A DNA stretch of 64,000 nucleotides from Camelus ferus (Eukaryota). The notes beneath the pieces were generated by a model that was not told the origin of the DNA, ran no database searches, and saw only the letters and a list, made by a program, of their open reading frames with translations. The DNA lies in NCBI RefSeq assembly GCF_009834535.1, contig NC_045697.1, positions 51,462,001 through 51,526,000 of the forward strand, written 5' to 3'. Position 1 is the first letter of the stretch. Every line of letters begins with the position of its first letter. Shown one piece after another: positions 13,086-27,069 of this stretch. Both the position numbers and the translations under genes were made by a program.

Positions 13086-15614
13086 TGACAGCTAATGTGT
13101 CTGTCTTGTAAACAACTAAATAATCAGCCTGTAGCATTTTACCTTACATAAATAAACATTTAATGAAGAGATAAAATAATAATGTGTGAAAAGAAATGTA
13201 CTAGGATTCCTGGCATATAGCTATTACTGGAAAGTGATAGCTATTATAATTTTAGCCGCCAATCTTTGGTTTCTCTCCTCCTCTCTATCCCTTTAAATGC
13301 TGGGGTTTCCCAGGGCTTCTCTCTTTCTTTGGTCATACTTTACTTATCCTTTCTAAGCAGTATATTCTACTCTGTAACCACATGATGAGGCACTTTATAT
13401 TAAAAGACCAGGGAAATAAAGTCTCAGGAATGACATGAAGTGCTGAGACCCTCAGGATGAGTATGGGCCTGACCCCTTGAGGTCGGAGGACTGCACCACC
13501 ACTACAGGGGGTTGGTAGCTCTGGGAAAGACTACTTCGGCTTTAAGTCAACCACCAAGCATGAGGTGTCTGAAACATGGCATTCCAAATATATCCCCCAC
13601 TTGCTGCTGCTGTTTCTTCTTGTATTAAATCACATCCTCTCTGATTTGCTAAAGCAATGTCACTGGGCTTGACTCTGGCTTCATCTTCTATTACTGTTCA
13701 TGCAAATCATTCACTAAAGTACAGTGATTCTTCAAGACGCTGAGATGAAAAAAATTCATTTCATCCATGCTCAGTGCTATAGGTGGGACACACTCATATT
13801 GTTCTGGGCTCCCAATGTTAAATCTCTTTACTTGACAGTCATTCACACAACCATTTTTTTAAAAACAAAAGTTATTAATAATGTTCCCTTTCACTCTCAA
13901 AAATATCTAGATTTGAATGATAAATTGTATGGGCACCCTCCTTAAAGTCCACCCAACCTAGAGTTGTAGGGTAATTGGAGAGAAAGAGAGAGAGTATTTT
14001 AATTTGAGCCTCTTAATATGCCCAACCCTAGCCTCCCTCATGACAGCAGAGGTCCTGGCATTGAGCCAAAGTCATCAGACTTTGACCATCTCTTCTGTCA
14101 AGTTGAATGACTTCTTCAGAACCCTTAGTATACTTTATAGAAAGTTAACCTCAGCTGGGGCCTCATCAGTGCTGCAGAGGTATTCTATTTGCATTGAATC
14201 CTAAATGATGGGAAGTAAATTTTAATCTTTTTCATATATGGAAGCTCTCTGGTATCCCTGAATTCTGCATACCTGGGGTATTAGTTGGTTGAGCCCAGAA
14301 ACTCCAGTTTTACCTTCGGTCTTATAAAACATGATTAAAATTGTACACTGATATGACTCAGCTAAGAATGAAGATCTGTCCAAAGTTACAGGTCCTCATC
14401 GCTGAGAGACTTACAAGCAGCTTTCAACTTTTGAATGGCAGCTTCTTAAGCTTTTATTTATGCTCATAAATACACATCATATGCACGTTCATGTATGTAA
14501 GCATAAAAAGAAATCTAAAGGTTATTCATCGAGTGATAAACTGTAAAAGCTGTTTTCAAGTGAAACTAAGGAATAAAGGCACACATAGAAATCACCCTGG
14601 TTACTTTTTCATCAGCAAACATTTTTTGAGAATGAGCAGTATGCTAGGCATTATATGAAGAGCTGTATTTTTGAATATATAAGCAATAAAATGACGTAAT
14701 TTGGGGAAGGCTTGAATGTTTTTTGAAGTTTGTAGTTATCTGGCCAAATTAATTGAACATGTATCCTTTTCCCACAGAACGTCATCCTCACTTCCAGTGT
14801 AGCATACATCACACTTTATTATAGCTGTTTGCTTCCATTTTTATCACCTCTCCCAGTCTGTGATCTCCTTGAGTGGAAACTCTGTCTCTTCAACTTTATA
14901 ATGCCAACTACTGTCTCAGTTCCCAGATTATAATAGATGCTATTTTTTTTCTCTTGATGCTAGATTCTTAACTTTTCTTTATATAAGTCAATTTAGAGCT
15001 AAAATAACTGAAGTTGAAATCTGTGGAATAACTTCAGTAGCAGACTAAGAAAAAAAGGCAATTACAGAAATGATTTCCTAAGTTAACTGAATTGAAAATA
15101 AACATCCAGACTTTGAGGTAAAATTAGCTTGAAGTTTAGAGGACGATATGTATGTTTCAGAATGATAATAAATTTTCCCAGAAAATTTATCACTGTTGGC
15201 ATATGAGGAACTTTATTTTGAGTAAGCACCGTGTCTTATATCTGTCTACTCCACTTATATAGTACCTTCAAGTAGATGCTAAATAAATGCTGATAGAATA
15301 AATGGGTCTACATTTGTCATAGGATTTTCATTGAATGTTCTACTAGAGGTAGCATTTGTTTTGATGTTTAATACTTACCTAATAATAAGGAAAGCTAATT
15401 GCTGATTATAAATAAGGCATATGCTTAGGAGTTAATATTTCCTTAAAAGCAGAGCAATTATTAGATGCTCAAGAAATATTTGGCAAAAAGAAAAGATCAA
15501 GTTGCTACAGTGTTCTTCTCTGTGACTGGTTTAGCGAGATTGGGCATTTTCCCTACTGTCATTTCTTATTCTACATCTGTTGTAGTTCTTATTTTTATGC
15601 TGATACTGCTTATA

Positions 15615-16261
15615 CAGTAGTCCCTCATTATCCATGGGGGATATATTCTAAAACCCCTAGTGGTTGCCCGAAACCCTGGATAGCACCAGACCCTATGTAT
15701 ACGATGTTTTTCATATATATATATATACTTATAATAAAATTTAATTTATAGATTAGGGACAGTAAGAGATTAACAACAACTAATAATGATGTAGAACAAT
15801 TGTAACAATGTACTGTAATAAAAGTTATGTGAACGTGGTCTTTCTCTCTCAAAATATCTTACTGTACTGTACTCATCCTTCTTCTTGTGACAATGTGACG
15901 TGATAAAATGCCTATGAGATGAGATGAAATGAGGTTAATGACATAGGCAATGTGACTAGTGTTAGGCTACTATTGACCTCCTCACAATATGTCAGAAAGA
16001 GGATCATCTGCTTTGCGATCCTGGAGCCATGATGATATACAGATGGTTGGCTGTCAAGGGCAGACAGTGTTGATAGTGGGCGTCCCAAGGAAGACACAGT
16101 GGAGGCTAAGAGATTTCATCACTCTTCTCAGCATGGCATGCAATTTAAAACTTATAAATTGTTTATTTCTGGAATTTTCCATTTAACATTTTTGGACTGC
16201 TGTTGACTGCAAGTATCTGAATTCTCAGAAAGTGAAACCAGTGGATATAGGGGAACTGCTG
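15615..16261. mobile_element. TcMar-Tigger non-autonomous element (MER44/Tigger7 type)
   Basis: Terminal inverted repeats cagtagtccc...gggaactgctg, TA on both flanks, MER44-like interior (gcaatttaaaacttataaattgtttatttctggaattttccatttaa). Confidence 0.9.
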
Positions 16262-16364
16262 TAGTTATTTATTTACTTGTTGATTTTACTCACTGTGGAC
16301 CCTTCAAGGGGCCAGTGTGTGTCAGCGTTACTCAACCGCTGAGAGTCTCAGTTTCTTTGTCTAT

Positions 16365-17100
16365 GTACCTGTGTGTGACCACTACCACAATCAAACTATA
16401 GAATAGGTCTGCCCTCCTAAAGATTCCCTTGGGGCCTTTGCAGACAGACCTCTTCCACCAGCTCCCAACTCCAGGCAACCACTACCCTGCTTTCTGTCAT
16501 TATAGATTAGATTTCCCTTTTCTAGATATTAATGTGAATGGATTTTTCTGGCTTCTTTCTCTCATCATATTATTTTTGAAATTAATTCACAGTGTTGCAT
16601 GTATCAGGAGATCATTCCTCTTTGTCACTACACAGCCTTACACTGTATGGATATACTAAATTTTGCCTATTTATTAACTTGCTGATGGATATTTGAGTAG
16701 CCAGTTTTGGACTATTATGAATAAAGCTGCTATAAACATAAACAAGCACACATCTTTTGTTTAGTGATATGTTTTTATTTCTCTGTCAAAAACCTAGGAG
16801 TAGAATTACTGAGCTAAATGGTAAGTGGATATTAAACTCTATGGGAAACTGGCAAACGGTTTTCCACGATGGTGATGCCATTTTAAGTCCCCACTAGCAG
16901 CATCTGACCATGCTGGTTGCTCTATCTCACTCATCTTTGATATTGTTAGGTTTTAAAATTTTAAACATTCCATTGGGTATGTAGTGATATCTCATTTAGT
17001 GGTTTTAATTTGCATTTCATGACAACCAAAAATGCTGAGCAGCATTTTATACAGCTATTGGTGATTCATGCATCTTCTGTTGTAAAGTGGCTACAAAATC
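16365..17100 (-). mobile_element. Old L1 (L1MC/L1ME-like) 3' region
   Basis: ccaggcaaccact, tattatgaataaagctgctataaacat, cctaggagtagaattactgag, ggttttaatttgcatttc. Confidence 0.8.
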
Positions 17101-17109
17101 CTTGTAAAT

Positions 17110-18050
17110 ACCAATTGGGTCTTTTTTATATCTTCTATTTCTCTCATCATGTTTATGCTTTCCTCTATCTTCTTGAGCATATGGAGCATATTTAAAACAA
17201 CTGTTACAATGTCTTTGCAAATTCCATTAACTCTGTTGTTTTTGGATTTGTTTCTGTTGATTGGTATTTTTCCTGCTTATAGGCCATATTTTTCTGATTC
17301 TTTTCTTGCCTGGTAATTTTTGTTCTGATGTCAGACATTGTGAATTTTTTGTTCTTGGCTGCTGGATTTTGTTGCATTCTTTTAAATATTTTTGGGCTTT
17401 GTTCTGGCAGGCAGGTAAGTTATTTGGAATCTGTTTGACCCAGTTAAGGCTTGCTTTTGAGTTTTGTTTAGGCATGGCTAAGAGTAGTCTTTAGACAGAT
17501 GGTCTATAGCCTAAGGCTATAAAGATTTACTTCTGAGGACTCTACCAATGGTCCCCTTTATTATGAGATGTTTGCAGTCTGTCTTGTGGGACAAAAATCA
17601 TTCCTAGTGCTGGGTGAGATCTGGCAATTTGTTTGTTTGGCACACTGCTTTTTGGTGGTTCTTTACCCCACCTTGTGGAGTATGACTCCTTGTAGGCACA
17701 GACAAATACTCAACAAAAGATTCAAGAGGTGCTTCCTCTTATGTCCTAACAACAAATTCTAAGTGCTTTTACTTTCTCATATTCTGGTCTCTACTTCCTC
17801 AATTCAGTGAGATGGCCGGGCTCTGTTTGTGCTTCCCCAGTCTAAGCTGAGGCATGGGAACTTTCTAGGCAGGAAACTAGGGCTTATTTATTCATTTCTA
17901 TTCTGTCAGAGATCACAGTCCTGTTCTATCTGTTGTTTAATGTCTGAAAGCATTTGTCGAGGTATTTTGTCTAGTTTTCTAGTCGTTTCATGTGGGAGGG
18001 TAAATCTAGTCACTGCTACTTCTTCATGACTAGAAGCAGAGTCCCCTCCT
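17110..18050 (-). mobile_element. Old L1 5'/ORF1-region relic
   Basis: T-rich; cctggtaatttttgttctgatgtcagacattgtgaatttt and gggagggtaaatctagtc resemble L1M 5' regions. Confidence 0.6.
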
Positions 18051-19209
18051 TAAGCTACTGCGTATCCTGGCAACTTTGAGGGTAACTGAGTGTCATCTTT
18101 TGTATACTGACAGTCACTGTGATTGTGCTAATGGGTTGGGTTAATTATAGCATGTCAGCATATATTAGGTGGAATTTTTACTAAATAGTGTATTTTTCTC
18201 AGCTTGTACAGAATTGGGCTTGTTAGGCCATGAATTGACATAAAGTCTTCAAGTAAATGGGAAACACAATATAATATTCATTTTTAATCAGTAAAGACCA
18301 ACTTGACATAGTTTAAAATATCAACAACATCAAGAAAAAGTATTTATAGGGGTATCTCATAGAACTCCAAAACACCTGAGCCCGTAGCCTACTGGGATAG
18401 GAATTAAAACATACGTCTGTAACCCAAGCAACACTCTTTCTCTCCAGTGTCTGGTCCTCACCATACAGCTTTATTCTTTTCTATCAACTGGCATTATCTG
18501 CTTCATTGTGTGCATGAGGCTGAATGGCTACCCCCAGTTCTCAAGTTGGCATTATCTTGGTTCTGGTCATATGGCAGAAGCTAATTACCTGTGTCTGAGC
18601 CTTTATTCCAGATTCCTAAGAAAAGCATGATTAGCCTTTATAGGGTCAATTGTGTGCACATGGGAAGAGTGTGTGTGGTATGGTAAGCAGCAATTAAAGA
18701 AATGGGATCATTGTAAAGTGAGCAGAGACTGAAGTTATTTCCATCCATTTGAAATCTGGGAAGCGGTGTCGAAAGCAAATCAAGGAATTGGTAGGTGAAA
18801 TTCACCAAGTTTTATCTAGGAAAAAAATCTTAAAACCAGGAAATTTAAGGATCAAGGGAATTCTTGATTAAAGATATGAGTGGAGGATGAGAAAAGTGGT
18901 AGATTTTGCTTAATTTATAGAGGCTTGTTTTGATTGGCCAAATGCTTATTGATTTAATGAAATGTAATACACAAAATGGGTGGCATACAGAAAGCGTTGG
19001 TTAGTTCCACCTCCCCTCTCACACTCCTCTGACTTGGGTTGCTTTAGAGGAAATGCATAAATGCTGAAGGGCTATTGGTTATAAGAACAGTAAAAATCAA
19101 CGAGAGAATTAAAAGGAAAACAGGCTTCAGAGTTTCCAAAAAAGGAATTATAAGAATGTCACAGGCAGCAAGAGTGTTGTGGACATGAAACTGAGCCTAA
19201 TATCTCAGC

Positions 19210-19830
19210 TAGAGGTCTCCAAAAGGGGTGCAGACTCCTAAGGATCAAATGCTGGAGTGCAGAAAGAAATATTTAATTTCTATTTGTACTTATGCTTTAC
19301 CTAAAACCTAAGAAGGAAAGAAAAGTTTACTGATGTTTCATATATAGGCCAAAGCCAGTAGCTTAACTTGGACTGCATGTTAGACTAAAGCTATCATGTC
19401 TGACACGGGATAGAGAGGGAATATGCGTTATGGCTGAGATCACACGCTCTGCAACCATACTCCCTGGATTGAGTCCCGTCTCTTACACCAGCTACCTGTG
19501 TGACTTACACGACTAACTTAACCTCTGTGTGCCTCTTTTCCTCACATGTGAAATAGGAATGAAAATAATCTTATTTCACAGAATTGTTCTAAAGAAAAAT
19601 GATCTGATATATGTAAAGTGCTTGGAAGAGTGGCTGGTACACAGAAGCATGATATGAGTGCTAGGAATAACTATGATCCTGAGAAAAGCATGGGGTTCTA
19701 AGCACGGAGGAGCTGATGGTGGTGCCTTCCCTCATTAGTTAAATTTTATCACTGTGATATATTTTCATTCAGATGCATTTTATTAAATGGAATCATACAG
19801 ATTATAACATTTACTTTTAGTGAGACCAGA
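19210..19830 (+). mobile_element. hAT-Charlie fragment (Charlie4-like) interrupted by MIR
   Basis: ggtctccaaaaggggtgca ... agaaatatttaatttctattt; continues after the MIR as cctgagaaaagcatggggttc...ggtgccttccctcatt. Confidence 0.55.
19425..19665 (+). mobile_element. MIR SINE (near full length)
   Basis: tgtgtgacttac...acttaacctctgtgtgcctc...atatatgtaaagtgcttggaagagtggctggtacacag. Confidence 0.85.
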
Positions 19831-20611
19831 AAGGCTTCTTGGTATCTTTAATATATGGAAATATGCAACAAATTATTTTTTCTTATAAATTTAGAATAAG
19901 AACTCTTGATTTTGGCTCTTAGCAACTCTTAAGTTCTTCTCTTTCTCAAAATGATAGTTTCCAGTCTATTGTTTGTTATTCACATCCTCTTTATTTGAGA
20001 CATATTTTAAGGCACTTCACTTAATGCAAGAAAACTCACCAGAAAATCACTACCAGATTAGTTGTAACAGGCATCAACACTATGATGGAATCTTTAATTT
20101 GGGGTCAAATTAAAGGACAGACATCATCTTTGACTTGAAAAATAAAAACAGACCCCCAAAGGTAGAATGTGTGCACATAATTGTAAGTATTAGGAGGACC
20201 TGAATGGGTTGAATTGTGCAGATTGTTCTGCCTGGTTGGGAACAGGAAATTGAGAGAACTTTCTTGGATGATGGTAAAATGAGATCAAGGAATCAATCTC
20301 GTAAAGAAACTTTTGCATGCTAAACCCTCTCAGTGCCTGTGCCATTGTGGCATAGATGGGTAGGTGAGGAAACATTTCATGTTTTGTAGAAAAGGCAAAA
20401 ACTCAGCAGAACTGATATTGAGAATGCTTAAAAATAGTGGAAAGTGTTTTTACATGGTTTCCTAAGATTAAGGACCAAGACAACCATCCTGCGTTGTGGT
20501 CCCTGTGCGGTCCCTTTCCATTTTCCTTCACTGTGCAGGTGCATGCCCGGAGAGTCAGAATTTGTTTCTTAGAGAAGAAAAACAGCCAAAGTGAAGGGTA
20601 TACTCAAATGG

Positions 20612-21103
20612 TGTTATGGTTGATTTTGTGTGTCAACTTGACTGGGCCACAGGGTGGCCAGATATTTGGTCAGACATATTCTGGGTGTGTCTGTGAAGGT
20701 GTTTATTTGATGAAATTAGCAATTGGATCAGTAGACTGGATAAAGCAGATTGCCCTCCTAATGTGGGTGGCCCTCATTCAATCTGAGGGCCTGAATAGGA
20801 CAAAGAGACTCATCTTCCCAAGAATAACATGGTGCTGAGCTGGGACATTGGTCTTTTTCTTGCCTCTGGACTTGAATTGAAAAATTAGCACTATTTGGGT
20901 CTCAAGCCTTCTAGCTTTCAGACTGGAACTAATACCATCAGCTCTTCTGGGTCTGCAGCTGACTGCAGATCCTGGGACTTCTTCACTTTCATAGCTCATG
21001 TGAGTCAATTCCTTATAATAGATCTCTTCATGTGATAAAATTACATACATATATTTAAGAAATATTTCTTATGGGTTTTGTTTCTCTGGAAAACTCTAAC
21101 ACA
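20612..21103 (+). mobile_element. ERVL solo LTR (MLT2-like)
   Basis: tgttatggttgattttgtgtgtcaacttgactgggccacaggg ... aagcagattgccctcc ... tttctctggaaaactctaacaca. Confidence 0.9.
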
Positions 21104-21631
21104 AGAGTCAATAATATTAGGAATGATTATTCTTATTTTAATATATTCTGAATATATAGAATGAAGAAAAATGGCCCACATACTGGCTTAGGTAACATAC
21201 ACTTAAGAAACTGAATTCAGTGTAGAGGTCTGAAAGAAAAACTAAACAAAAATAGTCCTGAATTAAGAATACAAGTCACTCCAAAATACTACTTTTTGTG
21301 CTAATGATACAGCTTCTTTGGGATTAAATGCAGTACACAGCTGCTTAAATCATTATATTGTATATTGGTAGAGTAAAGAAATATAAATTAAGCTTAAATG
21401 AAGTTTACATGTATATAAAAGGTGAATAACTGCATCATTTAATAAGACAGGCTACTCTTCAGAATCATTCCGTATATTTCTGATGTATTTTATGGAGTTG
21501 CACATTAACAATAACATTACTGAGGATTTTTTATTTGTCTTTGTCTTTCAACTATTAATGAGTTTCCCCATTCACTTAACAATATGACACCATGATTTGG
21601 CAGTACAGAAAATAAACATTTGTGGCATGGC

Positions 21632-23615
21632 TTTTCTTTTTAAATTGAAATATAGTTGATTAACAATGTTGTGTTAGTTTCATGTGTGCAGTAAAGTGGT
21701 TCAGTTATATGTATATATATCTATATATTTTTTCATATTCTTTTCTATTATAGTTTATTACAAGATACTGAATGTAGTTCCCTGTGCTACTAGTCCCTAT
21801 GGGACCTTGTTATTTATCTATTTTATGTATAGTAGTTTGTATCTGCTAATCCTAAACTCCTAATTTATCCTTCCCCCACCCTTTCCCTTTTGGTAACCAT
21901 AGTTTATTTTCTGTGTCTGTGAGTCTGTTTCTGTTTTCATTTGTATTGTATTTTAGATTCCACATATAAGTGATACATGATATTTTCTTTCTCTGTCTGA
22001 CTTACTACACTTAGTATGATAATCTCTAGGTTCATCCATGTTGGTGCAATGGCATTATTTCATTCTTTTTTATGACTGAGTAGTATTCCATTGTATATAT
22101 ATATACCACATCTTCTTTATTCATTTATCTGTTGTTGGACATTTAGTTTGCTTCCATGTCTTGGCTATTGTAAATAGTGCTGCTGTGAACATTGGGGTGC
22201 ATGTATCTTTTCAAATTAGAATTTTCTCTGTATAAATGTTCAGGAGTGGAATTGTTGGATCATATGGTAACTATATTTTTAGTATTTTAAGAAACCTCCA
22301 TATTGTTCTCCATAGTGGCTGCACCAATGTACAGTTCCACCAACAGCATAGGAGGGTTCCTTTTTTTCCACCCCCTCTCAGCATTTATTGTTTGTAGATT
22401 TTTTAATGATGGCCATTCTGACTGATGAGAGGTGATACCTCACTGTACTTTTGATTTGCATTTCTCTGATAATTAGCAATGTTGAACATCTTTTCATGTG
22501 CCTATTGACCATTTGTATGGCTTCTTTGGAGAAATGTGTATTTAGGTCTTCTGCCCATTTTTTGATTGGGTTTTTGTGTTGTTGTTGTTATTGAGTTGTA
22601 TGAGCTATTTATATATTTTGGAAACTAATTCCTTGTCAGTTATATCATTTGCAGATATTTTCTCCTATTCCATATGTTTTCTTTTTGTTTCATTTATGGT
22701 TTCTTTTGCTGCACCAAAGCTTATAAGTTTGATTAAGTCAAACTTGGGAGACTGACCTAAGAAAACATTGCTACGATTTATGTGAGAGAATGTTTTGGCT
22801 ATGTTCTCTTTTAGTTTTATGGTATCCTGTCTTATATTTAAGTCTTTAAGCCATTTTGAGTTTATTTTTGTGTATGGTGTGAAGGAGTGTTCTCACTTCA
22901 TTGATTTACCTAAGGTTGCCTAGCTTTCCCAACACCAGTTGCCAAAGAGGTTGCTTTTCTCCATTGTATATTCTTGCCCCTTTTGTTGAAGATTAATTGA
23001 CCATAGGTATGTAGATTTATTTCTGGGCTCTCTGTTCTGTTTTATTGATCCATATGTCTGTTTTTGTGCCAATACCAAGCTGTTTTGATTACTGTAGCTC
23101 TGTAGTATTATCTGAAGTTGAGAGGGTTATGCCTCCAGCTCTGTTCTTTTTCCTCAGGATTGCTTTAGCAATTCTGGGTCTTTTGTGACTTCATATAAAT
23201 TTTAGGATTATTTGTTCTAGTTCTGTAAAAAATGTCCTGGGTAATTTGATAGGGATTGCATTAAATCTACAGATTGCTTTGGGAAGTATGACCATTTTAA
23301 CAATATTAATTCTTCTAATCCAAGAGCATGAGATATCTTTCCATTTCTTTGAATCATTAATTTTCTTTATCAATGTTTTATAGTTCTCAGCATATAAGTC
23401 TTTCACCTCCTTGGTCAGATTTATTCCTAAGTATTTTATTTTCCTTAATGTGATTTTAAAAGGAATTGGTTTTTTAACTTTCCATTTCTGATATTTCATT
23501 GTTAGTGTAAAGAAATGCAACAGTTTTCTGTATGTTAATCTTGTATCCTACTACTTTGCTGAATTCATTTATCAGTTCTAGAAGATTTTGTGTGGAGTCT
23601 TTAGAGTTTTTCAAT
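21632..23615 (-). mobile_element. 5'-truncated L1 (about 2 kb): ORF2 C-terminal part plus 3' UTR
   Basis: ORF track 23191-23659 gives L1 ORF2 peptides ([66 protein letters not shown]), frameshifted; T-rich tail near 21632. Confidence 0.95.
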
Positions 23616-25514
23616 AGGTAGTGTCTTATCACAGGCAGCCATGAAACCAAATAAAGCACAAGATGAGACCCAGTGTTTTATATTTAATCTCTTTTCCTAT
23701 GTGCAAAATGGTCTGAATTTAGTGAGAAAATGTTCCCCTGAAACCTTAGAAAATGCTTACTTGGACTAAACCTCAAGAAAAATTGGAGCTGGAAAGAGAA
23801 GGAAAAAGATACATTTTAATAATCTGAGTGAAAAAAAGCAGAGATTTGACAAGTTCTCAAATAGGACATATTTCAGGATGAATTTTCGATGAGCTCTGTT
23901 ATCTTAGCCTTTGGGATAAACTGGGTAGGTGCCTTGATAAGCAGGCAAGCAATGGTGTTAGTGAAATTGATCAAGTGGACACTAAACACAGCTCTGGCTT
24001 TACCAGTCTGTACTTGCCTGGGCTTTTCCACCCATCTCAGGTATGCTTGTAATAGTTGGAGATTCTGGGATCAATTTCCTAGGCTTCACATGGCCAAAAG
24101 TCAAATACTATTCATATTTCATTCCCAGTTTCACCACAAGTCCAAGCTTTTGCCAAATATCCTAGTACCAGAATCCAGAATATATTCCTAGCAGACTTTC
24201 TTTCTTATAAGGTATTATTCATGTGATTGTCTGGGGATTGGATAACATGACTTTTAATTTAACCAGAAGGCAATAGCAATGCCGTAGATGCTACTTGTGA
24301 AACAGTGTCTGTTTGAGAACAGTGGTCTTTTGAGGAAGAATTAGATGTGCATGTAGAGGGATAACCTACCAATTTCCAACAATAAAACCAGACTTTTTGG
24401 CAAACAAGTTCTGGGTAGTGTGTAGCTCATAATACTCTTTTACTTATAGATTGGAGGGGTCCAGCTCTTGAACAATAAGGAAAATAAATCCAGGAAGGTG
24501 GAGTGTAGGGGAGGTTGTTGCTGTTTTCCCTCAAAAGGAGTTACAGAGCACCAGTACCTGTGGGAATGCACAATTCTGAGAGCTACTTTGGTTTCTTGGT
24601 GGAGGCTAAGAGAGGAAGGTTAGATAATATATTTTATGTCAAAGGCTGAAGTTTAATAGAGTTAGACTAAATCTTACGGGGAAGGGAAATTGATGGTTTG
24701 CAGTTTCATTTGTTAGAGAATTTCTGTCCTGTCTTTAAAGACATGATAATTATATGGAACAAGAAACAATAAAGTCACAGGTAAAATAGTGAATTGATCA
24801 AATAAGTTTCCTAAACTTCTTTCTTCTTCCTTTGCCAAGCTTGTCTCTCCTTTCCCATTACCCGGAGGCTTCATCTTTCATCATAATCACTCATCCTGTG
24901 TCATTTCCCCTGAGGCTCTTTTAGACTCTAATGAAAAAACTAAAAATTCTATTTCGATGATAGTGTCAGTGACTGATTATTGTTCAACGTGTTATCCCTC
25001 TTAGGTAGTATTATAATTTAAGCAATAATTTTCTGCAACTCTATCCAAAGGAGTGACCTATGATGAGCAGTTTAGGCTCCTTCTTAATGCTATTATAAAT
25101 ACTACTCTTTGACCCAGAAAAGCAGATAAATTAAAATATTCTTCTAGGTCTTAGAATTCAACACATATTTAATAAAAACCAACTATTTGTCAGGGGCTGT
25201 TCTAGACATATGAAAACAAAGATGAATAAAATACAACCCTTGTCCTCAGCAAGCCACTCGAAGATGTTACTAGAGGGATAGTTCTGGAGTCCCCAGGTGG
25301 GGAGGAGGTCATTCACTGAGAGGGTGTGAAGCCAGGTAAGACTGTGAGCTCCCAGGGGATATGCTAGTCACTCCTCTGTCTCATTGCAACACCCATGCCT
25401 TGTCTTCCCCACTATGTTGTGAGATCCTTGCTCAGGAAACAAGTCTTACATCCATACTCTCAGTACTTCTAGTCAGTTAGCCAGATTTTGGTTGTATAAC
25501 CAGTTGGTAAATTG

Positions 25515-25690
25515 TGACCTCGAGCACATTTATTTATCTCCTCAAGCCCCAGTTTCCTTATCTGTGAAAATGAGGAAGCTGATAATCCCTAAATTGCTAA
25601 TTTGGGGGAGGATTTAATTGGATAATTCATGCAAAGCACAGACAGCAGTTCCTGGTACATAGTTAGCCTTCAAAAAATGTTGGCAAATGT
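25515..25690 (+). mobile_element. MIR SINE
   Basis: gtgacctcgagca...cagtttccttatctgtgaaaatgagg...cctggtacatag. Confidence 0.8.
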
Positions 25691-26224
25691 AACATAAATA
25701 AAAGTTGATGTACCATGTGGCTTGATCTTTACATGGAATTAAATCAAAGGAAATATAAGTCCAGTTCTGGAATCCTTGATGAATGATGTAGGGCTTTGGT
25801 GTCATTTTCATAAAGAAACTGGCCCAGAGATTCCATAGAGACTAATACATAAGAAGCTTCAGAGAAACAGTCTAGAGTATTTCTAGTGATTTGTTCCATT
25901 GTCTCTCCAGATTTCATTGCATTCATAGCAGCTGCTAACAAGCTCTCTTACTTTCTTAGCTACATTTGTCTCTACATCTACTCCTCCTCCCCTGTTCCCT
26001 GAAGAGCCAACTCACCGTCATGCTCATGCACACACTTCCCATGCACTTCCCCATGCCTGAAGTATGACCACCCCCACTAATGCACAGCTCCTGAAAAGCC
26101 TAGGTTTTATCTCATTTGGATTTATTTTCTCATAAGCATTAGCTCCCCTGAAATTGAGATGAATCAAGTGCTGTATCTTATTGCATCGTATTCATAACAT
26201 TATCAGTAAATGAATAACCAGCTT

Positions 26225-26340
26225 ATGGCACTGCTGTTGTAGCAATGAAAAGACCAGTAGACAATATGGCAATGGATGGAGTGTGGCTGTGTTAAAAAAA
26301 TTTTTATATAAAAACAGGTAGATTATAATTTTCTGACCCC
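26225..26340. mobile_element. MER58-like hAT MITE fragment
   Basis: ctgctgttgtagca...tagacaatat...gtgtggctgtgtt...aaaaacagg...ctgacccc. Confidence 0.6.
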
Positions 26341-26344
26341 ATTG

Positions 26345-26620
26345 TAAGGACTTTGTCTTTTATTTTGAGGACATAAGATGCTGTCAAAGGGTTCAGGGCA
26401 GAAGGGTGGCACAGTCTTACATTTGAAAAGGATCACTCTGGGTCTGTGTTGAGAATTAACCATAAGGAAACAAAGGTAGAGGGAGGAGAACAGGTTAGGG
26501 TATTATTGCAACAAAGAGTGATGGCAAGAAAGTGAGAAGCTATGGGATTCTGGAGATATTTTGAACGTAAATAGTACAGGATTTGCTGATGGATTAAATG
26601 TGTGTTAGGAGTAGTAAAAA
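26345..26620 (-). mobile_element. L2 fragment
   Basis: taaggactttgtcttttatt, aaaaggatcactctgg, gattctggagatattttgaa, caggatttgctgatggatt. Confidence 0.7.
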
Positions 26621-27069
26621 TCTGGGAGTGCGATGTTCGTTTAGAAAGCTCTATGGTACTTCACATGAGGGGTGATGCTGGACTGAACTAAGGCAATGGC
26701 TTATTAATTTTATGCAAAAATCTGGCTTTGTGAAGGGTTATGGGTGGGGCAGGGAGTTATTCCCTGATACTCTTTTCACATAGGAAAACTATTGATTTGC
26801 CTCATTTCCTGCTAATGCATTTCTTCTGGGCTGCTGAAGCCACAAGACAAACTTAAGAGAAAATGTGAGGGGTTCCTGATAACGTCCCTCCCAGCTCTGT
26901 GCCTGCAGATGCTAGCCTGAGTGGTGAGAATCCTCTTAGCCTCTAGGGGGTGATGGTTGTACGCCTAATACAAAGGGAGTAGGCTAAGGTTGACTTGGTT
27001 TCTTGTCTTTATTCAACTGTTTACTATATGGATATCTGAGCTTAGTTATAGTCCTGAGAAACTATCTAC

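Noticed and set aside
13370..13700. Possible ancient LTR fragment
   Set aside because: No clear termini, TSD or family match by eye
23191..23659. ORFs with clear protein similarity
   Set aside because: They are frameshifted L1 ORF2 fragments in a truncated element
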